The notes below the pieces were generated by a model that saw only the letters and a list, made by a program, of their open reading frames with translations, was not told the origin of the DNA and searched no databases. 64,000 bases of DNA from Mobula hypostoma (lineage: Eukaryota). The translations under genes and the position numbers were made by a program. Shown here in pieces: positions 53,246 to 64,000 of the stretch (its first letter is position 1; each line of letters starts with the position of its first letter). The stretch spans positions 153,762,001 through 153,826,000 of the forward strand of contig NC_086097.1 of assembly GCF_963921235.1 (NCBI RefSeq), given 5' to 3'.

Positions 53246-53380
53246 AGTCCTGATGAAGGATCTCGGCCCAAAACGTCAACTGTACCTCTTCCTAGAGATG
53301 CTGCCTGGCCTGCTGCGTTCACTAGCAGCTTTGATGTGTGTTGCTTGAGCTTCCAGCATCTGCAGAACTCCTTGTGTTTA
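53246..53380 (+). mobile_element. ~135-bp Penelope-tail mini-insertion with hammerhead motif (core G>A)
   Basis: AGTC-CTGATGA-AGGATCTCGGCCC-AAAAC-GTC-AACT followed by the same tail as 18931-19076. Interrupts the Rex1-like LINE, with ATTA on both sides. Confidence 0.8.
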
Positions 53381-53562
53381 CATTACTACAAATCCTCACT
53401 GTTTGTGGTCTTCCAGTTAGGAAGTTGAGGATTCAATTGCAGAGGGAGGTACAGAAACCCAGGTTCTGTAGCTCATTGATCAGTACTGTGGGAATGATGA
53501 TAGAAACGCTGAGCAATAGCCAACGAACAGCATCCTGACATAGGTCTTTGTATTGTCCAGGT

Positions 53563-54367
53563 GGATCGTCCATCATCGTTGATGAAGACCTCGACATCAT
53601 TAGTCACTTTGAGACTGGATGCGATGTGTCGGAAGATGACTGGTCAGGCCAATTCGGGCACAGAATGTCCTGGCACATGTTGGACAGACGTGTAGACACT
53701 GCAGTTGTTGCGCTGGTGTCTCTGGACTTGCGCAGCTCGTGCTTATGTTGTGCTTCAGCAATGCGCCTTGCTTTGTAATCTTGACAGCCCTTGTGGATGA
53801 GGCCGCGCCAAGTAGGGCGGTTTTGTGCCAGCGTTTCCCAAGAGGTCGTGTCTATGTCAAATGACTTCAGGGAGGCCTTTAGTGTGTCTTTGTAATGTTT
53901 CTTCTGCCCTCCATGTGAGCATCTTCCAGCAGAGAGTTCCCCAAAAAGGAGCTGCTTGGGTATGTGCTCGTCCGGCATGCAGATGATATGACCTGCCCAC
54001 CGGGTCTGTGCTCTCATCAGCAGTGTGTGGACTGATGGCAAACTTGATCTAGAGAGAACTTCAGTGTCTGGTACTTTATCTTGCCATCTGATGCCTAATA
54101 TTCTGTGAAGACAAGTCATGTGGAAATGGTTGAGCTGTCTTGCATGCCTTCGATACACAGTTCACGTTTCACAGTTGTACAGGAAGGTAGTGAGTACCAC
54201 GGCTCTGTAGACCTTCAGTTTTGTTGCGGGACTGATTCCTCGAAATTCCCATACAGTGGAGCGCATCTACCGAAAGCAGAACTTGCCTTTGCTATTCTGC
54301 AGTTAACTTCTGTATCAATAGTCACTGCTTGGGAGAGGGTGCTGCCTCTCTGCCTGTAGTTTCTGTC
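53563..54367 (-). mobile_element. 5'-truncated RTE-clade LINE
   Basis: ORF 53604-54158 FHMTCLHRILGIRWQDKV..RWAGH..PKQLLFGEL..GGQKKHYKD. TSD ATTGTCCAGGT (53552-53562, 54373-54383). Confidence 0.9.
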
Positions 54368-56589
54368 CTTTGATTGTCCAGGTAGTCTAGGGCTGTGTGA
54401 TGAGCCATTGAGATTGCATCTGCCGTAGACCTACTGTGATAGGCAAATTGTGGTGGTACAGGTCCTTTCTGAGGCAAGAGTGAATTCTAGCCAGGACCAA
54501 CCTATCAAAACATTTTATAACTGTAGGTGTGAGTACTACTGGACGATAGGCAGCTCACACTTCTCTTCTTGGGGACTGGTATAATTGCTGCCATTTTGAA
54601 GCAGGTGGGAATATCCAACTGTAGCACTGAGAGGTTGAAAATGTCCTTGAATACTCTCACCAGTTGGTTGGCACAAGTTTTCAAAAACTTACCAGGTACA
54701 CCATCTGGGCCTGCTACTTTGCGAGGGTCCACCCTCCTGAAATACAGCCTGACATCAGCCTCCAAGATAGGTATCACAGGATTACTGGGTACAGCAGGGA
54801 TCTTCACAGCTGTAGTTATATTCTCCTTTTTAAAATGGGCATAGAAGGTGTTGAGCCCATCTGGTAGTGAAGCTTTGCTGCCATTCATGCTATTAGGTTT
54901 CACTTTGTAGGAAGTGATGTCCTGCAAACCATGCAGAGTTGACATTGTTCATCCAATGTCACCTCCAACCTTGAAATAGTCCTCCGCAAGTCATACCTAG
55001 TGTTCTTGTACTGACTTGGGTCACCAAACTTAAATGCCACAAATCTAGCCCTCAGCAGATGACAAATCTCCTGGTTCATTCATGGCTTTTGGTTTTAGGT
55101 GTACAGCAAGTTTTCGTAGGCCCACAAGTTTTAATGAAGTCGGTAACAACTGTGGCATACTCATCCAGATTCGCAGATGAATCCCTGAATACAGTCCAGT
55201 CCACTGATTCAAAGCAGTCCTGTTAACACTCCTGTGCTTCCCTTGTCCATAACTTCCTGGTCCTCACCAATGGTACGGCAGTCCTCAGTCTCTACCTATA
55301 GTGGTCATACTTTCTGAAGTATGGGCGTGGAATAGCACGGTAACCAATCTTGATGGTGGTGTAACAGTGGTCCAGTGAGTTGTTTTCTCTGGTACTACAA
55401 GTGATTTGTTGATGATAATCATTTAGTGACTTTTTGAAACTTGCCTGGTTAAAATCCCCCAAAATGATGGTGAAGGCATCAAGGTGTGCAGTTTCATGCA
55501 TGCTGATCCCATTGCTCAGATCATCTAGAGCCTGTTTGACATTGGCCTGAGGTGGAATGTACACCGCTACCAAAATGATCACTGAAATCTCCCGCAGCAG
55601 CTAAAATGGCCAACACTTCATTGCAAGATATTCCAGATCTGGTGAACAGAATTGGACATCACTGGAATTGATCATGAGGCATTGACCTCCACTCTGCTTT
55701 TGAGAGACTCAACAGTCCTATCCTGACGGAGTATAGTGAACCTGCCAGACTGAATCGCAGCATCCAGTACAGAAGGGGTTAACCAGGATTCTGTGAAGCA
55801 GGGAATGCAAGCTGTCCTAACAACCCTCTGATATAGCACCCTAGCTCTGAGATCGTCAATTTTATTTACTAGCCATTGTATGTTTGCCAGTAGTATAGTC
55901 AGTCTTGGGAGTCGAAAACCTTGTTTCTTAAACGCACTTGCAGATTGTGATTATATAAAATCACTGACTTATTTTGTGCACTGAAAAAATTTACAACCAA
56001 ATAAGATTTAGTGTTCAATTGCAACTTTCAGCGTGCTGCAGTTTCTTAGTCTGAATCATTATTCACATCTCAAATACATTGCAACTGACTGAGTATCTCT
56101 CACATAACCTTTGATGATATATTCATTTATGCTGCATCAATGTAACATCAGTTCGGGCAGGCGTTTGTGAGATAGGATTTTTAATGTTAGGATATGGTCT
56201 CACCAATGATAAAAGAGACTAGATGCTGTTTTGCTGATACTGGGATTCTGAGCTATGTGTCAGATCTCCTGAGTACATGTGAGGAAAATGACAGTTGTGT
56301 CTCTGCTCTGTGGAGGGCAGTGTGATGTCTCTTCAATATGCGAATACCAGTGCTGTTAGTTGAATAAATTCACCAGTGCCATGGAGTATAGATAAGGGTG
56401 ACACTCTCAGTATCAGCCTGACCAAACCAAACATTATGTGACAATAACAGAGCATGTAAGGATGAATTCATTTATTGGTGCTTGAACTAGCTACCAGCTA
56501 TCCAACAATTTATGGGCCTAGAAGATAAGATAATCAAGAGAGCTCAAAGACAGATTCACAGTTCCTGAGGCTTTCAAAATCTTTCTTTC

Positions 56590-56930
56590 AACATATATAG
56601 ATAGACAGAGGCCTTCTTCTCCCAGGGATGAAATGGCTATCATAAGAGGGTCAGTTTTAAGGTGCTTGGAGGTAGATGCAGAGGAGATGTCAGGGGCAGG
56701 TATTTTACGCAGAGAGTGGTGAGTGCGTGGAACGGGCTGCCTGTGACGGTGGTGGAGGCAGATACGATAGGGTCTTTAAAGAGACTCCTGGATAGGTACA
56801 TGGAGCTTAGAAAAATAGAGGGCTATGGGTAACCTTAGGTAATTTCTAAAGTAAGTACATGCTTGGCACAGCATTGTGGGCCAAAGGGCCTGTATTATTC
56901 TGTAGTTTTTCTATGTTTCTCTGATTCTAT
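56590..56930 (+). mobile_element. CR1-type 3' fragment (subfamily A)
   Basis: Near copy of 9480-9790. Confidence 0.88.
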
Positions 56931-57392
56931 AAACCAATTGCCTCTCCATTCTAGTTAATTTCACTTCCATTCTTGACTGGTGTCTCAGGTGGTAACTTGT
57001 GCATTTCATTGCTGTCATTGAATAGCTGAACCTCCTGCACTCTTCTCATTCAGCATCAATGCTTTAGTTTATAGAATTTCTGCTGGAGCTTTTCCAACAC
57101 GCTCCTGGAGTGCTGTTTGTTTCCTAGACACTTCAAATCATGGAACATCTTTTATATAGAAGTCATTTGCTCCAGGAATCAAGAGTTGTTTCACAGATGC
57201 TAATTACAGTGGATTTCAGGGCAGCGGATATGCTTTTAATACACTGTGTTTGGAGGTAACATGTTGTCTTTGACACCCTGGATAAGTGATACATTGTTTG
57301 AAGGTTTCCAAAGATCGTGCAGTTTGGTTTTCTTGAATTAACACCCCTACCTTCTGGTAGTGAGGAGGAAGTCATGGAAGAGACCGTTAACC

Positions 57393-57800
57393 ACAAGAAA
57401 TAGAAGCAAAATTAGGCTATTTGGCCCATCGAATCTGCTTTGCCATTAGATCATGGCTGATTCATTTTCCGTGTCACCCCAGTCTCGTCCCTTTCCCCTG
57501 TAGCCTTTCATGCCTTACTAATCAAATATATCAACCCCTACTCTAAATATACCAAATAACTGTCGCAATGAATTTTAGAGATTTGCCACCCTTTCGCTAA
57601 AGAAATTCCTCCTCATCTCTGTTCTAAAGAGATTTCCTTCCATTCTGAGGCTGTGGCTCAGATTCTAGATTCTCCTACTTTTGAAATATTCTCTCCACTT
57701 CCACTATCTAGGTGTTTCAATATCTGGTAGGTTTCAATGAGATCTCCCATCATTTGTCTAAACTCCCGTGATTATAGGCCTAGGCCCATCAAATGCTGTT
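57393..57800 (-). mobile_element. CR1-type 3' fragment
   Basis: Similar to 36090-36435. Confidence 0.8.
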
Positions 57801-58044
57801 TGCATGTGTTTGAATGAGAGCTTATAGTAAATGCTAAGTAAGGCCTAGGTGTGTGGCTATCATGCAAGGGCGAACAAAGCCTGGTCTCTAGTTGTCTTGG
57901 TCCCCCTACTCTTTGCACTTAAGACATTGTTTTGTCAGTTTTATTAGGTAGCTGATATGTCACAGCTACTCCACATTAAAGTAAGCTATAGAATAAACAA
58001 CTCCTAATCCTCCCTATGAAATGTCAAGATCCTCACAGACAGAC

Positions 58045-58278
58045 TGTGGTAAACCATATATATATGTTGTAACTGGGTTACCTGTCTGGACACACCCCTC
58101 TGCTGACTGCTCCTGTGGCTCCTCCCACAGACCCCTGAATAAAGGTGATTTCACCTTGCTCCTCCCCCTCAGCCTGGGGGCAGACACTCAGCATGGTGGA
58201 GGTCACATTTTACTGCTAAAAAAACCCGTTCAGTATTTACTCTACTTCCAGTCTTTTGGAGTTATTGATAGTGCATCA
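58045..58278 (+). mobile_element. 5' LTR (234 bp) of a Gypsy element
   Basis: TG...CA termini, 25 nt upstream of the gag ATG at 58304. Confidence 0.65.
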
Positions 58279-58303
58279 ATTTTATTCGCAGTAATTTTAA
58301 AGC

Positions 58304-60470
58304 ATGGAACACGTTCTGAGACACGACAAGTTAGACCTCGACCCGCAAACACCTGAAGCTGGAAACGCTTTCAAACTCTGGCTGGCCTGCTTCGAATCAT
58401 ACTTAGAGGAGATTGAAGTGACCGAGTCCACCGCGAAGCGCCGAGTTCTCCTCTCCAGGGTCAGTCCACGGGACTACTCGATGATCAGAGACCAGCCAAG
58501 CTACGATGGCGCGATGAGTGCCCTCAAAAGACAATACCTGTGGCCGGTAAACAACGTTTATGCGCGCTATCACTTAGCGAGGTGGCAGCAGTGGCCCGGG
58601 GAGTCGAGTGCTGAGTTTGTCCGTGCCCTACAGACACTCATACAGACCTGCGACTGCCAAGTACTGACGGCAGAACAGTATGCGGAGCTCTTAGTGAGAG
58701 ACGCCTTCGTCACGGGGACCAGGTCAGTGTATGTGCACCAACAGCTGCTGGAACAAGCTGATCTTACCTTACGTTCGGCGAATGAGCTGGCTGACACGCT
58801 GGAGGCCGCTCTGCACAACTCTGAGGCTCTCCAGCTACGCGATCCCCCGATGACCTCGTGGACACCGCAGACCCCGCAACCCACCGGCGAATCGACCACG
58901 GCTGCTGCCAGTCGCGAGTCCGCGAAGTGCTACTTCTGCGGACTCAAGAAGCACCCCCAGAAACGCTGCCCGGCCTGAGAAGCTACCTGTTCCAGCTGCG
59001 GAAAGAAGGGCCACTTTGCCGAGGCCTGTAAGTCCAAACCGCGAGCAGGATCTAGCAGCGCCGCATGCGAGGCATGGGGGTCGCCATACCGCCACCACAT
59101 GTGAGACATGGGGGTGGCCATCTTGGTCGGCGCCACCTCCCACCGTCTACGACCCATAGGTGCTCATGGGGCACCCCACTGCGCCGGACCAAGACAGTGA
59201 CTCAATTCTAGCCTCCGTGACCCTCGACCAAAGTGTTCCCCACCAACTCGCTAGGTCAATGATGGGCATCCTGGTAGAGGGGCGCAGGACAAGCTGCCTG
59301 TTTGACACAGGCAGCATGGAGAGTTTTATCCACCTGGACACGGTGCAGCATTGCAGACTCGCGATACGGTCCATAAGTCAGAGGGTCACCATGGCTTCCA
59401 GGTCACATACAACAGACATCCGGGGGGGTTGTGTAGCGACACTAGAGGTGCAGGGCACAGAATATTGAGACTTTACGTTACTGGTTATGTCTCAACTGTG
59501 TGCCCCTGTGCTATTGGGGCTCGACTTCCAGAGCTACCTGAAAAGCGTAACAATGGAGTATGATGGGCCCATCCCACCAATCACTGTCGTAAATCCTCAG
59601 TTTTGTAGGAATACGTCACATACCCCGCTACTGACCACCCACACACACCGACCCGCACATCCCACCCAACACCATGCCAACAGCCACACTACGGACACCA
59701 CTTGGGGCCTCTCCACCCTCAAGATCCCTCCCCCACTGCTGTTCGCCAACCTGACCCCCGACTGTAAACCTGTGGCAACTAAAAGCAGGAGGTACAGCGC
59801 GGGGGACAGAGCTTTCATTAAGTCGGAGGTGCAGCCGCTGCTCAGGGAGGGGTCATTGAGGCACAAGTCCTTGGAGGGCGCAGGTGGTCATTGTTTGGAA
59901 CGGGGAGAAAAATAGGATGGTCGTGGACTATAGCCAGGCCATCAATAGGTTCATGCAGCTTAACGTGTACCCTCTACCCTGCATTGCGGATATGGTCAAT
60001 CAGATAGCACAGTACAAGGTGTACTTGACCATAGACCTAAAGTCCGCTTACCATCAGCTCCCCATCCACCGGGAGGACCGCCCTTACACCGCCTTCGAGG
60101 CAGACGGCAGGCTTTATCACTTCCTGCGCATCCCCTTCGGTGTCAGGAATGGTGTATCTGTCTTCCAGAGGGAAATGGACCGGATGGTGGACCAGTGGCA
60201 ACTGAAGGCCACGTTCCCATATCTGGATAACATCACCATCTGCGGTCACAACCGGCAGGGTCACGACAGCAACCTCCAAAAATTTTTCCAAGCGGCCAAA
60301 GCTTTCAATCTCACCTATAACAAGGACAAGTGTGTATTTGGGACCACCCGACCTGTCTGCGCCTGTAGAGTCTGCGCAGAGTGCAAACGGCACTTCTACC
60401 GACCCGAAAAGGCACAACCAATCAAGGCCACCCACCCCTTTCAGCGACTGAGTGCTGACTTTAAGGGCCC
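58304..60470 (+). pseudogene. Gypsy gag-pol (two zinc knuckles, protease, RT; RNase H deleted; integrase start)
   Basis: CYFCGLKKHPQKRC and CSSCGKKGHFAEAC separated by one in-frame TGA. LFDTGS, RMVVDY, IDLKSAYHQ, PFGV, YLDN. Jumps at ~60350 to CRVCAECK..PFQRLSADFKGP. Confidence 0.9.
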
Positions 60471-60471
60471 G

Positions 60472-61100
60472 CAGAATGTAGATCACAAAGTCGAGGAAAG
60501 AGGACCTGGTCGAGACAACAGAGACTTATGGAGAAGAGGAGTTCAGTGGGTAATAAAATGGACGAGCTCACGGCACTAGCCAGGCATCAGAGAACATTTC
60601 GGGAGTGCAATATTATGTGTTTCACTGGAACAGGGCTGCACGAGGACATACCCGATCAAAACTTCTCCATGGACGGCTTCCAGACCGTTCCGGCTGACCA
60701 GAAGTGCACTGAGAGCGGTAAGCGTAAAGGAGTTGGGTGCTTACTATTCTGGTTAACAACAGAGGGTGCAATCCGAGTCATATTACGATCGAGGAACGTG
60801 TTTGTAGACTAGATATTGAACTTTTTACTGTTGGACTTCGGCCATATTCCACTGAGATTCAACACTCGGCGGCACGGGAGGTCGTTCCTGCCTGTGGCCA
60901 TCAAACTTACGGCTTCTCCCGTGGAGGGTCAGACACCCTGAGAACTGGTCCTGGACTTTTTTCCATCTGGCATAGTTTGTATTTTGTTGTTTGATTGTTG
61001 GTGGTTTTTGTATTGCTATATTTATGCTCTATTCTTGGTTGGTGCGGCTGTAACGAAATCCAATTTCCCTCGGGATCAATAAAGTATATCTATCTATCTA
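60472..61100 (+). mobile_element. Internally deleted Rex1/Babar-type element (APE start joined to 3' end)
   Basis: GNKMDELTALARHQRTFRECNIMCFT.. then TTCCTGCCTGTGGCCATCAAACTT (as at 15956-15979) and an AATAAAG(TATC)n tail. Confidence 0.8.
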
Positions 61101-63655
61101 AATCAAGCGGCCCGTGGCTTGAAATTCCACAGCAACGTATGTTATTCAGCAACTAGCATTTGTTTGTCCCGACTTGGACAGATCAGAATGAGCTGGAGTT
61201 CCTCAGTATTGCATTGATCGCTTCTTTCTTTTATTTAATTTTTTTAATAGTTAAAGTTATTCTTATTGTTTTTAAATGTATCTACATATTTGAGAAATTG
61301 ATGAACTCTTACAAGTCCTCAAAGATTTAGTGGGATGCTAGTTAAGTAGAACTCACCACAGGCCATTGCTGTCTCTTATCATCTGTGTCGGGGATTAACG
61401 GGTCAAGAAACTGGACTCACACATTTATACACCATTAGATATGGAGTGATCAGAATGGGGACAGGACCAAGGGCCTAATTAGAGAAATGGAGAAAATTCA
61501 ATACGTCGAGAAAACCAAAAGCAACACTGAAACAGTTAAAAAGAGACTGACCAAGCTGGGAAGGATTCCTGATCATGTTGGCTGTTTCCCTGATGCAGTG
61601 GGAAGTGATGACAAAGCCAAAAGAAAAGGGGAGAAATCCACACCTTGGGACAATAAAAAACTGACCGACATCATTTACTTATCAACGTAAATCAACAAAT
61701 GAGACCAAGTATTCTGCCAATTCAGAAATGAGGGTAAATTCTGTTTTGCTAAGAGCAATGTTGTTAACAGGTTAATCTGCCATTTATTCTGCTGCTTTAA
61801 CACAAAGTGCTCATAGTGAAAGAGTTGACACCATTATTGAAATAACATTCAAAATGAACATTCAGGTAAAGTTTTGATACATTTATTAACACCTCAGGAA
61901 GGGCTTTACATTTGGTGTTCAGCAGGAGAACATCAGCAGAGCAGCTTTTGATCAAGTAAGGCACCAAAAAATCCTAGAAAAACTGAGTTAATTAGAGCCA
62001 CAGGGAAAAGCCTTCAGTGTTGTGAATTATGCTAGCATGCCATTTCTGGAGCTATTGAACTTCACAGTACACATTTTAGTCTATCTGATATGAATGGTGA
62101 CACAAAATTCGTTTGCATTACTTATCCTAAAGAATCTAAATATTTTTTTTCGGAGAAGTGAAGCGGGGGAACAGAGACATGGAGAGAGAATTTATTGCTG
62201 AAGAAAGTAAGTCTCAGAACAAATGTTTCTTTAAAAGCAGAATGGCAGTTTTTTGGCAAAAGGAGATTTCGGAATGACATAGCCTTTGCTACAAATGAAG
62301 ATAGAGAAACCATATGGGAACAGATAGAGTCAGAGGTAATCACCAGTGAGAATAATAAATAAATAAGTTATCCTTCATGGGTCAAGAGTCCTTTTCTCAA
62401 TGCAGTTTTCTCTCCTTCTGAACACCAACTGTGAGCCTGTCCTGTTAGCATTGAGCTGAAATGTCAAAAACATAAATGCCAATTTGTCTGTTATTTCAAC
62501 AATGGTGTCAACCCTTTTATTAACACCTTATTTCATGGCAGTATTCAAAATTCCATGTTTTAACCTGTTAATGGGTTTGTTATTGGAAAAACAATGCAAT
62601 TTCAGTGCATTTGCCTTTGACAAGGGGAAAGACATCTCTGGTTGCTTCCAGTATTTGTACAACACAGCAACAACTGTGCATTGTGCTCTGCCACGCATTG
62701 AGATGAACAAAACCATAATTTCGAAGATGTGCATTTTGTAATCTTTTCGGTGTTTCTGAATACTCCATGAGATTGGAGGGTTTTTTTTTTGCCCTTTCTG
62801 GACAATTATCCTGGATGAACCTTTTCAGACCTGTTTTTCGAATTCAGTCTCCACTTATAATACATTCAGATATGTTTTTCAGGCGACTCGAGGGGATAGT
62901 GAATTATAATCCATGTAGGTCAGAAGCACTGGTTCTGGAGTAAATTGTTACTACTACTACTGAGGCAAATGAGTAAAATATGTGTTCCGGTGACATTCAT
63001 ATAAAAAAGTGATATTTTTCCTATTGTTCTGATTTCCCAATAATATTTCTGTAATGACCATCAAATTCCTACTATTCTCTTCCTGTCTGTTTGCGGGAAA
63101 CAATATCAACAGCTACTGAGACTTCATATGGACAGCCATAACAGCAATTTCCATTGGAGCATTTGTGTACTTATACGGATTCAAGCAGTTCCTGTGCTCC
63201 TGCAGAGCATAGTTCCACAAATTAATTTGGTAAGGAAAGAACCTCTTTGTTTCTGTACTTTGTCACACTTGAATGTGTATAGTAAGGTTGTCAAATTGTC
63301 CTGCTTCTCAAATTATCCCGTAGCTTTTGAATTTTGATCTTTGGCAAATGGGAAAAATGTTACCATACACATTAGATGTGCCTAACGCATAATGTTTCCT
63401 TTGTAAGTCATTGCATATTATACTGAGCTGAGAATCTTTTATTTTATGCATTTGAATTTAGTTCTATAATAGCATCTGTATCATGCATGTATTTCATTTG
63501 ACTAGGCTTCATAGAAAATATTTCTCCCTTTCTGATCCATCAGTTTTTCTCTGCTCTTGTTCATTGTTGGGTTATGATTTTGTAAATTTTGCCAGTTCTT
63601 AAGCTCCACAACTAAATAGCTCACTCATTTTTTTTAAAAGAAAAAGGAGTGTGAT

Positions 63656-64000
63656 TGTCAGGAAATGTAGAAGAGGTTTAACCCAAAATCAGAGCAGCTG
63701 AGATGATTTAGCAGCAAACAATAACTTTAATAATGGACTGCAAAATAACGAGCCAGAAGGGGGCCACAAAACAAGAGAGGACAGAAACTAATCATAACAG
63801 GCAACAAGGTACATTTTAGGCAGGGAGAGTGAAGGTTAGGAGCAACTCGTTATGGCAACAGGTTTGATGAGTGAACAAGGACTGTGGGTGAGGACTGGGG
63901 TAAAATAGGCTGCAGGCGATGAGTGTGGAGTGAGTGGCAGATGAATCCAATGAACTAGGTGGAACCTGGGAGGTGCAGGCTGGAAGTATCAGCAGGAGCA
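63656..64000 (-). mobile_element. Possible LTR running off the right edge
   Basis: Starts TGTCA. Minus-strand ATTAAA (~63724-63729) and TATTTTA. Abrupt purine-rich composition shift. Confidence 0.4.

Larger units (their letters stand above)
52313..55945 (-). mobile_element. Near full-length decayed Rex1/Babar-type LINE with two nested insertions
   Basis: APE LVAVYIPP, GDFN, LDHCY. RT KVAGPDGVPG, IIPVPKK. (ATTCTG)n tail at ~52313-52327. Confidence 0.88.

Overview
Eukaryotic, AT-rich, repeat-dominated non-coding DNA, either intronic or intergenic. The transposon families point to a cartilaginous fish, probably a batoid (inference from repeat content only). I could not identify any host protein-coding gene. 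Every recognisable ORF is a transposon fragment: CR1-type LINEs (several subfamilies), Rex1/Babar-type LINEs, one young 5'-truncated L1/Tx1-type LINE, one RTE-type LINE, two Tc1 transposons plus Tc1-derived and hAT MITEs, three Gypsy remnants, several LTR-like segments and many Penelope-like element (PLE) tails. Many are nested, with readable target-site duplications (TSDs). The most interesting signals are: (i) short TSD-flanked insertions built around a minimal hammerhead-ribozyme motif, one starting within 1 nt of the predicted self-cleavage site; (ii) a Gypsy element with no tRNA primer-binding site (PBS), where that position is instead complementary to its own LTR; (iii) a ~1.1-kb LTR followed by a tRNA-Arg(ACG) PBS at the window start; (iv) ~300 bp of non-transposon DNA with an exon-like segment trapped inside a Gypsy integrase. 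Family names come from remembered motifs, not database searches. Boundaries without a TSD are approximate.
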